From Tubulanus polymorphus (taxonomy: Eukaryota > Animalia > Nemertea): DNA of 64,000 nucleotides. The translations under genes and the position numbers were made by a program. The notes under the pieces were generated by a model. It was given only the letters and a program-made list of their open reading frames with translations. It did not search any database and was not told where the DNA came from. Below, piece by piece: positions 44,400 to 58,341 of this stretch. The number at the start of each line of letters is the position of its first letter. The stretch's first letter is position 1. The stretch spans positions 6,914,485-6,978,484 of the forward strand of contig NC_134027.1 in the NCBI RefSeq assembly GCF_964204645.1. The letters run 5' to 3'.

Positions 44400-46176
44400 A
44401 TGGCGACAACGTATGCACCGTATATTTGCACGCTTGATGATGCTGCATTAGCAAAAGCGAAAAAGGAACTAAATGAAGTCCCGAAAGAGAGAGAAGGCCA
44501 GATAGCAAAACTTCGAGAATTGATACTGAAAAAGCCTGGCATAACCTGCAGAACAGGTGAGATATTCACAAGAGTAACATTATATAATTTTTATTCTTGA
44601 AAATCTTGAAGTGAGAAAGATCTCTTATATATCTGTATGTACGTCATTTTTACGGACGCTATCTAAAAGTCGATGTGCATTTAGTGTGTTTTGAATACAA
44701 ACACAAGAACTAAAAACAGCAGTCATGTTATTGAATAGGCAACCTACGAAAATGCTTAATTCATAACGCGATTCCCATTATGTACTCTTCAAAGTGGTGG
44801 CGTACATTTTTATTTTCACGATTCTAAAAATAATTTCTAGATGCCAAGTTCCTTATTCGCTTTCTTCGTCGAAGCAAATTCAGCGTAATCGCAGCTCAGA
44901 AGATGATAGAAAATTTTGTCATCGTAAGAGCTTCGGAAAAACACGGTATTCCGAAATGGTTTCATGGCGTCAGTCCATACAGTGAAGACATGATGGAAAT
45001 AATGGATACTCTGTAAGAATGTTTCTGCTATTATCATGATAATTTTCAAATTCATTGATACTTGTTATTTCTTAAAACGAACAAAAATGATTTCAATCGG
45101 CTCGACTGAGACCACTTATACTTTTCAATATTTACGGTAATATATTTCAGATATACCACACCATTACCCGGCAGAGATAAAAATGGGGAGAAAATCTTAC
45201 TGATACGAACCGGTAAATATAATCAAAAGGCTGAAAATTCTGTTATCAATTTATCGATTTTACTGAAGGTCACATTTCGTTATATTTCACAGGAGCCTGG
45301 GATCCAAAGCGTCCGGAGATGTTCGAAAATTTGTTTCGGTATGGTCTTATGGTTACCGATATTTGTCTGCGTGACGAGGCAACCCAAGTACATGGATTCA
45401 CGATCATCTGTGATTTCGAAGGATTCAGTGCGTCGCATGCTTCTTATTGGACCTATACGATCGTAAAAAATGCCATGAATTGCTGGCAGGTATGAACGAT
45501 ATTTTCGGATTGAAACGATTGTGCCTACTATGAACTGAATTTCCCATTTCAACGGGTGCCAAATCAGTTAAAAGACGAACGCTTTAGATTTTATAATTCA
45601 TTCTTCCACCTAGGATACTTACCCAAACCGTAACAAGGGGGTCCATTATTACAAAGCGCCGAGGATATTCGACGCTGTTTACTTTATGATGAGCGGTTTT
45701 ATGAAAGAAAAACTAAAGAAACGCGTAAGTGTGTCAGTTTTCATCATATGCTTTACGAAATATTTGTTAAAGGAAAGAACATATGTTGAAGTGATATTGA
45801 GTTTCCTCTAATTTTCTTGCCTTCCTAGATTCATTTTCATAAAAGTCTGGATGAATTGACAAATGCTGTGAACAGGAAATCACTTCCAAATGAATACGGT
45901 GGAGTTGCTGGACCTTTAAAGGAAATCAATCGTAAGTCAATTGACGTCCATCTATCGATAACAGCATAGATTTCTTTTGATGACAAAACTATTTCCTTTT
46001 TTCTAGAAAATTGGAAACTGGAACTGTGTAAGAACAAGGATGAACTCGATTTGCTGAAAATCCTCGAAGTGAACGACAACGAAATATCTTCGGACTGGAG
46101 TAAGACTAACGTTAGCGACCAGGACAAAGATATGAGTGGAGTCGCTGGTTCTTTCCGCAAATTGAACACCGACTAA
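44400..46176 (+). CDS. CRAL-TRIO (Sec14-like) lipid-binding protein, clavesin/alpha-tocopherol transfer protein-like, ~7 exons
   Basis: Exons ~44400-44556, 44841-45012, 45152-45212, 45293-45489, 45613-45724, 45829-45931, 46007-46176. AKAKKELNE, DAKFLIRFLRRSKFS, LPGRDKNG, DEATQVHGFTIICDFEG, YPNRNKGVHY, FMKEKLKKRIHFH, LPNEYGG, C-terminal GSFRKLNTD*. Confidence 0.93.
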
Positions 46177-48152
46177 AACCTTATCACGCATATATTGTAT
46201 CTACTTAGTCGTACCAAAACAGCATGTACCTATAAAATTTATTAATGTGACGTCATTGTATCTGGTGTGAGGGACCATAGTTCCACAGGGAGACTTGAAA
46301 TACGACTCGATTCCTGCACGGTGGAACCGGGCCCTGTTACAGCGAACAGATTAATGAAGAGAATATTTCGAACAATTCCGTTGCTTTTATTTCATTAAAT
46401 TGGTACCAATTCGATGTTACATCAAAAAACAGTAAATCACAGGTTTGTTCAAACGTGGCCGCTGTGCCCTCCAGTAGTCACGTGACTGTTTCAATGGTCC
46501 AATAATGTGACGTCACAATACAACAGGCAAATGATCAATTATAAACTATATAGCACAGGATTCAATAAACACAAATAAAAGCACATACATAACAACTGTA
46601 CAATTAATAAATCCAACCATAAGCTTTCATTCAAAGTAGTATCATTTGTCTTTTGATGGCCGTATAATTAACTCCAATATGCCGGCCTTCGTTTGTCCAA
46701 AAATAAATTGAAAATTTCTTTTCATTGAACTGAAATGAAGGCCAGTTTGTCGGAATGAAAAACTTTTGGTAGGAGATTTCAGCAAAATACAATTTTACAG
46801 TAGATTTTTTTTTCATATTCGGTGAATTTCAATCCCTATACAATCATTAATAGTACAAAGCTATACGTTATATTTTCTATAGTGAAACGAAACATAATTT
46901 ACGAAAGAATATAGATAGCACCTGCAACAGTCATATTCAAGTAAAAATTATCATTAAAGTTCATTACCAACAATGATCATGAAATATGTCAACTACGAGA
47001 TGCCGCTTTTAATATAATGTTACAATACGATGTATTATGATAACGACCGAAGTATTTACTGTACATACATTCAAACAATAATTCGTCATAACACCAGAGT
47101 CATTTTGAGTTAGCAGTGTTGCGAGAATAAAGCAATGAATTTTTTTTTGGTTGTTTAATTTAACCACCGATTCTCTTATAATCCTCTTGAAAACGTTTGC
47201 GTTAATATCGCCGTCCGTAATACTGAAATGGAAAGAATGCATTTTTATGAATATAGGTACCCCAAGTTATGCATCGTAGATTTTCATTTTATGAATCACG
47301 ATTAAATAAATCAAATGAACAAATGGAAATATAGTCAGAAATGTGAAAGCAAATATAGAAATAAAAGAGTTTTTCGGTTGTCGAAGAGTTTTACTGATTC
47401 AAGTGTTTAAGTAATGTAGCATAGTTTGTTGGTCCATACCTTCAATATACAAACGTTTATAGCAAGAGCAAACCACTCGATGGGGTAGCAATTCGTGTAT
47501 TGTGCAAAGTCACTTCTTAACGAGCGGTTACTCAAATACAATACTAACAGAAGTGTGTTACTCGTATCTCAGCAGAAAAACTTGCAATAATTACGAGCTA
47601 GTGTTTTACTTGGTTGGATCATGGAGTTATAAGACTTCAGTCTTAGTCTTATTACCCCAAGGTTGGATTGACGATAAAGATTCGCTAGTGCGTAAAAGGT
47701 ATTTTACAACGATAAAGATGTCAGCGAAGGTGCAGAAGCTCCATGGCCGCATATAACATACCTTATATTGGCAATTGTGGTGTATAATGTTATCAGTTAT
47801 GAAATTTTGTGCACGTAGGTATCATGTCTTTTTACTCATGCACATCTATATACGTAACATAAATTTAAGAGAAAAAAGATTTGAATGAAAATCATAAGTT
47901 ACGTCTATTCATTGTGTATATTCTAAACATAAGAACGTAAAGTGATTGACAAAATGTATAAAGGAACGCTCGGTACGTAGCGGCCAAAATCGTGAGGACT
48001 ATTTTGGAAAAACAGCCAGGTAGCGAGCGTTTGGTGTGGTAACATAATGAATAATTTAAAATGTATAATATGAAATATACGTAGATATACATATATACTC
48101 GAATTCATAGAAAATTCGTACCCAGATCGTTGAAATTTTTTTCGGATAGTTT

Positions 48153-51100
48153 CTACATCATTTCTGAGCCGTGGCGTGCACCGACGAGCACCTTACGAAT
48201 TCTCTTGCGGACGTCGGAGGTGGGAGTTGCCGGTAGGAAAGCTCGGTCCTGAAAGCCCTGCAGGGACACACATACACACGGTGGATTAGTCAAATCAGAT
48301 TCATAAGCTATTAATGACGCCTATTATTCTTGAAGACATGTGATAAAATGTCACAAACGTGCACAACACTTAAAAATCGAAAACACTAGTTTTTGCAATT
48401 AACGTAGGTCTTAAACAACACTGGCAATAACTGGATAAGGAAATGTACAAGCAAACAGGGTTTTAACGGAATCTTTTTGGATTAAGATAATGTTCGGTCT
48501 TTTCGACAAAGTGACCATTTAGGAATATTTTTTAGGTTTGATAAGGCATATGTCTGAATGCAGCAAAGCATTTCTGGAGCGATGCTTATCACAATCGAAG
48601 CCATACATCGTTGCGAGCAGTTCTATGACGCAAAATAGCACAAACGCACATTAGAAGCATGGACATAGGAACGGATATGACCGATTTTTTTAAAAGTTTC
48701 ATTTTTAATTAAAAAGCGTATTTCCATTCCTATTCATATTATACAAAACACAAAAAGCAATTGCACTGATAGAATCTCATGAATCAGTTTGTTGGTAATA
48801 CATGTAGTCTGAATGAGAAAATCAAAAATTAATTTTTGATATTCGGAATAAATGCAATGTTTAATTACCATATGGAAAAGGAGCATTATTCGGAAAAAAT
48901 AAATGGCAATTCGTTTCGTTCGAAACTAGATTTTATCAAATAAGAATGATGACGATGAAATCTAAAACGATTAAATGCTTTAAGCAAGCAAAACTTACGG
49001 AGTTAGCAGGATGAAGTGTTGACATGCCTGATCGTGAACCAGCACTTACCACTGGGTTCACATTGCCACCCTCTGAAGACATGAAAGTCGGATGAAAGTA
49101 TTTCCTGTTCGGTTCAAGGTGTGGCATTCTTAAAAAAGTAATAGAAACAAAGACATATATAAGTATTGGTGGCATTCATCCTTATCAATTAACGGTTTAT
49201 TCCATAATTTCTGACATGAAATAGAAACTCTGAGGTATACACAAAGAATTTCCATCACCTTTCTGCAAGTTCGTAGTACTTTTTCGCGACCTCCCAGTCG
49301 ACATCCATGGGTGGGGCCAAATCTAGGGCCAGATGTCTGTCCAACAGCATTTTATGACAACGAAGGCCGAGGTTGACGTCTTGTAGATGAGATCGAACTT
49401 GCGACAACGATTTAGACGCGTTTGGTAGATCAACATCCACCAGTTGTTCAAGCCGTTTCTGCAATTATGAAAAAGAATATATGATTGTTAGATTTAAAAG
49501 AATGAAAGATTCTCATTTGAATTGCCAGAATCTGTAACTAAACTTCTAAATGATGAATGTTCCATTGCATAGCTGTATCAACAAACTTATAATTTCGATG
49601 CACAATAGTAAGTCGCAATAGTAAGCCATGCTTTCATCCATACGCAACGTATTGAAATTATTATCATTGCGAATTTCAAAATCAAAATGACTGAAAATGA
49701 AATATCAATAAATGTCGAAGACAACGCATAACAGCTTGCGATGTTATGAGGAATTCTAATAAAGTGACGAAGCATCAAAATAAGCGTAATTGAATGAATT
49801 ATACATTCAGACCACGTTTACCTTAACAGGAGCTGTGTCGATTCTTCGTCTTGGGACGTAGGAGACAGTTTCATAGATTCCTGATTTGCGGGGGCCAAAT
49901 TCATTCGACTAAAACAGTGCGTACGTTACGTTTTTTTCTCATATCCAATAAGGCAATCACAGTAATACAATGCTTTCACTTATTCATATAACAATGATTA
50001 AGATATTGTTTGTGCGACGCATGCATGTTCATTGAACATTTTTTTCACATTGATAAAACTCAAACAAACGTGAACCACTCATTATCTATTCGATTTCATT
50101 AGACTCGTTGTCATTTATCACTGTAACGGGTTTAACAAGCGTATCTAGACCCAGTCCCTCAGTCCAGCTGGGTTTAATGCCCACTGAGTGAGGATAAGTC
50201 CATTTTCGTTTTTCTTAGTTTCGGAATCACACGTAAATCCAAAACGAGAAACTGGATCATGATTGGGAGTGGAGTTCTTTGAACAGCATACAGTTACATG
50301 AGTTATACGGTAAGTGTATTGGGGCATGTTAGGCCGTCATTCAATCGAATTGTCTGTCATGTAATTGACTCACGTAACTGTAAACTGTTTTTTCTTTAAA
50401 TAATCGTTTATATAATCACTTCACACAAAGACATTAGACTCTTGTTTTAAACTTACTTCAATATGTAGAGGGTGATCTTTGAACTTCCTTCCCATATAAG
50501 CGTAACCAGAATCGAAGTATCCAGAAGGTGTATAGCTTGGATAGTAGTTATACGATACAGGTAACGGAGGAACACTCTACAATTATATTCAATAACGAAT
50601 TGTATTATCTAAACAAGTCAGAGGTGCATCCAGGAAAATAGGAAGGCCGGGGTTCGGAAAGAAAGATAAGGCGTTATTTGGATAAAGCAGCCATGTCAAA
50701 GGCCACGAGTGGGGTCCCACACTCGGTGTTAAGATATCTTTGAAGAAATTCATCCTGAAAGATTCAAATTCCTCGGATGAGTGTAAAATCTGCAGGTGTT
50801 AACTATCTCTGCCTTCACGAAAACTAAAAGGGAAGGCAGGGTCCCAGGACTCAATGAGGCTCAATGAGGTCCAAGGACATTGAGTCTTCAACGCAAGAAA
50901 TTAGGTGTTCCAGGCAGTTTGAGAGACTACGTATGATTACAAGGTATCGATACATGCCAGTTGTGTCCGGACAGGTCTACAGATCCACAATGAAGACTTT
51001 GTCGGACACATCGAAAGTGAAAGTTTCAAAAAACGAAGGATTGAAAAGTTTCAAAAGGTGATTTCCAATTTTTATATGATGAATCTGTTGGTAGAAGTAA

Positions 51101-54100
51101 TATTGATAAACGTGGTTTTGGCTTTGATGAATGGTCTCTTCGAATGCTTGTTATACATACGCTAGCTCTTTGATGTCTTCGTCGTGGTTTCCAATGTTCA
51201 TCAGGATGATAACTCTGGTGTGATGACAAATTCAAACCGCCCTGAAACAGTAAAACTAAATTCATACATGAAGATCTAACAAATCGTTCAACATGCAAAC
51301 GGAACCCACGCAACGCGTAGATTCAATTCGTTTAAGCAGCTGTTAGTGAATGCGTTGTACATATATGGGTAAGCTACTCCTAATAATAAGAATAATAATT
51401 TCCTTATAATTTGTCCCCCTGCATGGCAATAATTTGGTTAGACACCTAAAGCATCAAACAAAATCATGTTAAGACTAAGCTTTTAATATTTGACTTCTAT
51501 TGGAGAACGAGGATGACAATAACAATTATTCTATTAAACGCTTGAATGTAAATGATATAAGAAACATGTTATTTTCTCTTGCAAAACACATGATATTCAA
51601 CTCGTTGGGTAGATAGAAAAGCCATATGAATGGATTTTAGTGAGGTGCAAAGCAAATTTCTCCAAACAAATGTAGTCATGGTGTAAAACATAGACGTAAA
51701 TTTCAATCGAGTATATAAGATATACGATGGTGGTAGGTAAGAAGCGGTTATAGGTAAATGCCTTTGTATTTCTAATCCGGGAGCGTTTGTTGTAATGTGT
51801 ATCTATCGAAACAGAGCTGAGGTGAGAGGGTGACAGGGTACACAGCAACCATATCAAACTGACTTCAAAGAGATTCCACGATTTCATGAAAAATAACTTC
51901 ACACTGCAAACAACACCGTTTCATCGTTAAACATAATATTCCTCTTCTTGGTATTCTTATTGTATATACTATAATGTATTCCTTACGTGGATCAGTAATT
52001 GGTGATAATGTTTTAGCACTTCTATCCACCCAAAAGTTAAATTACACAACATATTTCACCTTTTTATATCATTTTTTCTATACGCAAAAAAGAATAAATG
52101 TTCGAAAATGACATGCATAACATGTATGTTATCCGAATAATCATCGAGGTTCCTTCTGCATGCAGACATTTGTCACGAACATTATTTCTTTCTTTTGTAA
52201 TTATTAATATAATTCTAACAATCATTCTGCAGGTGAACTGAAAATAAGCTTGTTTTCGAGCAAGGTAGTCTGAGCCTCAAATATAAAATCAAAATTAATT
52301 TGATTTATCACATTTTTTATACCAGGTCGTTAATTTAGATCACAATTCACCCGCACAAGGTTTAAGGGTTTCTCACGAAGAAGCAAAATGCTGCGGTGCT
52401 AGAAAACGCACTTATACTGTGAAAGGAACAGCTTGGTTTTACCTTATCAGAGGCATTTCGCTGGGACTGATAGAAACGTCACTCCGCCGACTGCAAAATT
52501 ATATAAAGCCGAACTTAATTCAGAACTTAGGGCATCGAAAGTACCGCGTTTTAATATCCCTTATAGAAATGAGTCTTAATGATTTAATCCACACGCGATT
52601 AGTGAATTCCGTGAGTTTTATCTAAACTTTTATCATCCGACAGATTGAACTATATCCTCAATTACCTGCTCGGCAGGCGGCGCTTCTTGTTGTGTTGTAT
52701 CGTCTGCCGTCGTTTCATTTACTGCTGGCGCTTCATCCAGCTTATCCTCAGCATCACCCTGGTCTTTGGGCAAAGTGCTCTGCAACGATGGCTCATCGGT
52801 TTTATCTTCCTCGTCTTCGACGTTCCTAAGCGAAATACTTCGAGGTGGTGACTCGAGGTCTTTCATCGATATGCTCTGCGGACCGGGCTCATCACCCGAC
52901 TGCAGTGGTTTAGCTTGTACACGAACTCTCTCGTGGTGATCTTCATCATCTTCTGCAACCTCATCGTAATGCTTGCGATACGTCTTCTTTGGCGATTCAG
53001 CGTGAGAAGAAGCCCCCGTTGTGAATACCTTAATCTTCCTCTTCTCCTTTTGGGATGGCAAGGTTTTTTCGATCATCGCGGCCTAATACAATACAAGGGG
53101 AGCAATTAGATTCTAGTCTGGGAGATGAGAATTATGGCATCGAATTGATTTGAGCGCCATGGCTGCCTTTTAATTTTGAACGTATTGGAATTGTCAGTAA
53201 TGGATTAAGTTGGCAGTTATGTTTTTTTTTACCTTGACACGAATTCTGTCAAAGACAGAGGAATATTCGCCAGGGTGAATGTGATCGGAGAAATACAAAT
53301 CGTAATCAATTGCCGAGCGTCTACCGTAGGATTCCGACGGTTTGTAATATTTATCAAAATATTTATACATTTGATCTTCGCCTCCTTCGCTCAAAGCGCG
53401 TCTTCTCTTGCGACGTTCTTCCCGCGCTTTTAGAATGTCGGCATCGTAATCCTTATGGCGGTACAAAACACCGTACGTATTGTAAGCAGACGATTTCCGG
53501 TCGGTGTGTTTATCTTCTAGATCGTCGATTTCCGCCTCGTAATGTTTGTCGTTATTTACCGGCAGACGAGGTTTTCGCATGACTTTCGGTGACAGGACTA
53601 CATCGTCAACATCTTCATCCAGAGAAGCTGCCTTTCTATAACGGGATCTAAAAGGAGTGTATGATGATGTGTATGGCGTATAGGCCGGCGTTGAAAGGTG
53701 TTTACGTTCCGTGTATCTTTTCATATCGTTATAGCCGAATGCCCGATCCGCGTAAAGCCTAACAGGAAGAGACAAATCGCCCGTAACATCCGAGCTACGT
53801 GTTTCAATTTTCTCCTTGTGATTGACGTTTTTGTCATATCCTTTGTATATATCGTTATCCAGATTGCTATTGACGAAATCATCGGAACGAAGATCGTGAA
53901 GAATTTTAGAGACATTTGCTTTCACCTGGCTGCATACTTCACCATCACCCGTGGCTTCTTCGTCATCCGAGTCTAAATAGTAAGAGTGATCCGTAGTCAG
54001 CTCTCGGTGATTTGATGTTGTTTCGTCATCAAAACATTCATCTTCCAATTCATCTTCGTCGATATAAGGGTTGCTCTTAATTGGCTTACTGCATATTGCG

Positions 54101-56550
54101 TCAATAGTTTGTTCCATTTCGAAACGTTCCTGCGCATGGTCCTTTGCCAAGCTCTCGGCCCGATCTACCAGACCTTTACCGAGTGATACGTGCAAATTTG
54201 TGCTATCTTCCAACTCGGCGAGATACTTGGCCGTCCGCGAAGAATAAACTTTTTTCGGCGGTGGAAAATTCATTTGGGGTTTTAGGGTAGTAGCTGCAGT
54301 TACGTAGGTATCCAATTCGTTTCTTTTGAAGTCGAGATCATCTTGACTTTTTCGGCGTAGATTTTGATGATGATATTTCAACAAGATTGGATTTCTCAAG
54401 CGGACGCGGCGACGATCCTCATCTGTGATCTTGGGCCTTTCTGGAGATATAGTCGAGGAATAGACCTTGCGTCTGTAAACAGCGCTGCTCACATCCGTAT
54501 CAGGCTTGACGGAGTCCATTTTCCATTCATTCTGATGACAAATTAAATTCAATATCCAGTTACTAATGTCTAAATAAGCAATACCTTTCATGTTGCTTTG
54601 TATAATTGTTTTAAAAGTAAATTTAGTTCTGGTGTACTGGGCTATTTTAGATATGGTGGCCGTGTACCCCTCTCTGCCTCTGCGTGGTATTGATTCTAAG
54701 ACAAAAATTATCTTTTATCAATAACAAAGTCTGATTATTGTTGCGCAAATGGGTTGTGAAAATTAAAATGGAAATAAAAGAGGCCCAAATAGTCCAACTA
54801 TTCGGTGAAAAACGCGCAAAAGCCGAGTTGATTATTGGATGAAAGATGAGATAAAGGTTGCAAGATGAAGCTTTAATATTCGAGAAAAAAAGAAAAATGA
54901 TGTACCTCCTGGATTAGTCTGAATTTAAACCTTACTTCAACATACCCAACAGTTTTTATGTTATCTACGCAACTGTACTTTTTAGCGGTTCATGGCTATA
55001 TATGAGAATTTGGCCAGCAGTGTGCATTGTTTGACTACAAAGCATGTGAATCATGTGATTTTACCCTCGCAAATTTTCTCATTCCGATTCTTAATCATTT
55101 TTGGAGATTTTATTGTGCTTCAATTCAAATCCAACTTTGTGCACTACCTTCACATATCTACATTCTTAATTCATCTGTTTATAAGTTAGTTGAGCTTTAT
55201 ATATATCACACTCGTTCTAATGTTATTTTGGCACTTTCAACTATCCGTTAACCGTTTTAATTCCAGAAGGTACGCAAACCATGCTTGGATGAGCTTATGA
55301 CTTACCAGCTTTGACGTAATGTCGCTCAAAAGGCGGGCATCGGCATCACGGCTCGCTCTCAGCCGAAGATCATTGTCATCGAGCGTTGAAGTTACAAGAC
55401 GGTTGGCCTTGCGATGCGTTGTATAATCAATATCATCTAAATCGTCATCATAACCTGAACGCAAGGAATAGAATTTACGTCTATTAACATGGTTACTAAA
55501 CAACACATTTTCTCCGGGGATTTATGTAACCTTGAAAAATGAAACGTTGCCGTTGAAACGGTTCATTTCAGTTCTTTATAGTTCTATAGTTAGCTGAATA
55601 AAAATGTAGTGTTATTTATTTCTGCATTCTTCATCATGTCACAACAGGAGATCTGGATGCAGCTACGGAAGTCGGTTATCTAGTGCAAATTCAACCCCAA
55701 AATAGAAATCGCTGAGCAGCAGAATTTATACCAAACCATGCGGTATACAAAATTTGTTTTTTTTTGTTGTTCTCTAATAACTGCATTTTATTCTTAGTGC
55801 TTTTCGCTTACTTTAGCAATGCAGTAATTCCATTTTGAAATACATTATAATGATGCAAAATGGATAAATAGTGAATTAATGAGTCAGACTTTCACAGCGC
55901 GCAAAAAAGCGACCGAACGCGATAGAAGACCTGTTTAACATACAAGATGAAAATAGCTACGCAACGTCTGGTAGATGTCTAGAATGTAAGATTCCCACTA
56001 TGCCGAGATTGTACGTGTATTAGTATAAAAACCCAATGGAATATTGAGTTACCTGCAAGTTAACTTGTAAACAGGTGTTTGATTTACCCGCTTGTTAATA
56101 GAAGCCTTGTACCGCAACTTCATTCTAACTTAAACACATTATTACTCTGCTATATTTTATCCTTTAGGGATTACATTATTATTCATTTGCATACATTCTA
56201 CATTCGTAATTCATATATTACGAAGTGTTACATTTGGTAACGTCTTAATCCCAATATATTCTATCCATAAATTCATTATCAGTATAAACCTTACTCTAAT
56301 TCTCCTAAAAAATCAAGTTCTTCGATATGAATCATGAATATGAAAATAGTTGATTTTGGATCTATAACCCGTGTCCTACATACATACCAACATTTGGCCG
56401 TCGGTGATATTGGGTGGAAGTTCGGTAAAAATCGACCATTTTGGGTTCCGAGATGGGACTATAGTCGGTACTTGTTGATTTCGTTCTGTTGGACGTCTGG
56501 GTGGTTGACTTGTTCTTAAGTATAGATTGTCCCCTACTACCACTCGGACC
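48153..56550 (-). CDS. Uncharacterised multi-exon, Ser/Arg/Tyr/Asp-rich protein with probable alternative isoforms
   Basis: Phase-consistent GT-AG chain: 56388-56550, 55306-55454, 54906-54918, 54668-54695, 52443-52490, 51726-51816, 51161-51241, 50457-50576, 49822-49908, 49259-49458, 48999-49128, 48153-48257 (ends SDVRKRIRKVLVGARHGSEMM*). Additional large open exons 53232-54695 and 52666-53082. No domain recognised; start codon uncertain (candidate MVDFYRT). Confidence 0.72.
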
Positions 56551-57901
56551 CTGAAGTAACAAGATTAGATTTGAATAAGACTGACAGTTAAGAAAAAAAA
56601 GATACCAAAAATCATGACCCAATATATCTCAGTAAACGCAAGGTTTTATGCAGCTTTATCGTACAAACAATATTAACTTTTTCTTAGTAACAGCACAAGT
56701 TCGCAACAGAGAATTTAAGTACTTTATGTTTTAACTCCAAAGGTTGATGGCAAATTCATCATAATCATCTTTTATCGCATGCACCACGAGATATTTGTAT
56801 AGCCATCTGCATAAACCTAGGCGATAGATCTCCCAGGGTTTTGTCTAGCTTTGCTGCATGAAAATACCTATAGATATTTGAAGACGGAACGTTCAGCGTA
56901 GTTTTTCCAGACATCAAACTGACGACGGAAATGATAATATACGTTTGATCTAAGTATAAACTTAGCATAAACAAACGCCAAATAACGATTATCTTACGTT
57001 GCACAATGTTTATTCTGTGATCCTTGACTTACTTTTTTTCGATGAGAATTATTCTCGCTAGAGTTAGATTATACAACCATATTCTGCTGTATTCCTTAAA
57101 TTCTATCGAAAATGATTGTGGGAAAAAGCCTTATCTGTTACACTTTATTCAAAAATGATTTGAAATTATGAACATGATCGATCAATAGGGTAATTCGAAA
57201 TAAATACTATGAAAACTGTCCCGATGGATATGAAATACCTTGAAGTCTATATACATTAAAATGCAACATTAACGTTGACAAAAATGTATGCTTTATAAAT
57301 AATATTCCTATGATATATAATCGATGCTCTTTTTCGATACCAATCTGAAAATCCATAAAACTATTCCGGCGAAATCATGTAATTAATATCCGATCGCTAA
57401 ACAAAAACAACGTGAAAAACCTGAATCCATGTTGCCCTCGCAAGACACCCGCTCTATCGATAAGAAACGAGCAAGCAGCCCTTCACAAGCAGCCCGAAGT
57501 GTCTAGTATTGGTACTGTCTGGGTTAATACTTTATAACGTGTGTGAGTGTTGACGCATTGGTCACGTGGGTTCGGTTGTACACGGATGAGTGCTTACTGC
57601 ATCCGGGTGAACTAGATTTACATAAAATCATCATCTTCTTACAACAACTTAAGAAGGATGTTTCCTTCGTAATCGGCTCTTAACAACGTTGTGACCTTTT
57701 CTCAAGTACGAGTAAATGAGGTGAAAACAAGCCGCAAGAAGGGCTCCTTATTAAAAAACCGACAGTTCACTGTTAGTTCACTGTTAGTTAGAAGTAAAAC
57801 CACAATCAGCAGTTGGTTGTGTTCGTCATCCAAACGATTTTAACGTAGAAAAACACAAACTCCTGGTCTGGTATACAAAATCGGACCATAGTGCCGTTAT
57901 T

Positions 57902-58341
57902 TATGGTGGCTGATAAGGGCCATAGTGTAAAATTCCTGGTATGTAAATGAGGGCGCCTTAACGCCAGAACGCCAAAACGAAAAAAAAACGTCAAATTTTC
58001 TCTGAAAGTTCGTTATCAACCACGTAAAATAATTCTATATATGCAAATTTATGCAAATTACACACAAGATCAACGCTCCAAATTGAAAAATAATTTCACT
58101 GTGGATGAATGCTTGTTTTGGCGGTTGCGCCAAAACGGAAATAACCGCGCCAAAACGAAATAATCTCTGTTTTGGCTCGCCAAAACGAACTTTTAGAGAA
58201 ATTTCGACGTTTTTCGTTGTTTTGGCGGGGGCGCCAAAACGGAATTTTCTTTGTTTTGGCGCGCCAAAACGAACTTTCAGAGAAAATTGGACGTTTTTTT
58301 TTTCGTTTTGGCGTTCACTATAGCCCTTATCAGCCACCATA
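57902..58341. mobile_element. MITE with 26-bp TIRs and internal GCGCCAAAACG repeats
   Basis: tatggtggctgataagggccatagtg ... cactatagcccttatcagccaccata; ttat lies next to both ends. Confidence 0.88.

Noticed and set aside
46245-46520. Two aatgtgacgtca (CRE-like) motifs downstream of the CRAL-TRIO stop
   Set aside because: Could be a repeat remnant or chance; no clear termini or TSD, and located in 3' UTR.
50620-51061. GC-richer intronic segment with a MITE-like start (cagaggtgcatccagg) and a 65-aa ORF
   Set aside because: No matching second TIR or recognisable protein motif; probably a decayed repeat.
58035-58340. 101-aa ORF with repeated RFGAP units, and CRISPR-like appearance of the repeats
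   Set aside because: Translation of MITE internal repeats; the repeats are irregular with no unique spacers and no cas genes, and the context is eukaryotic.
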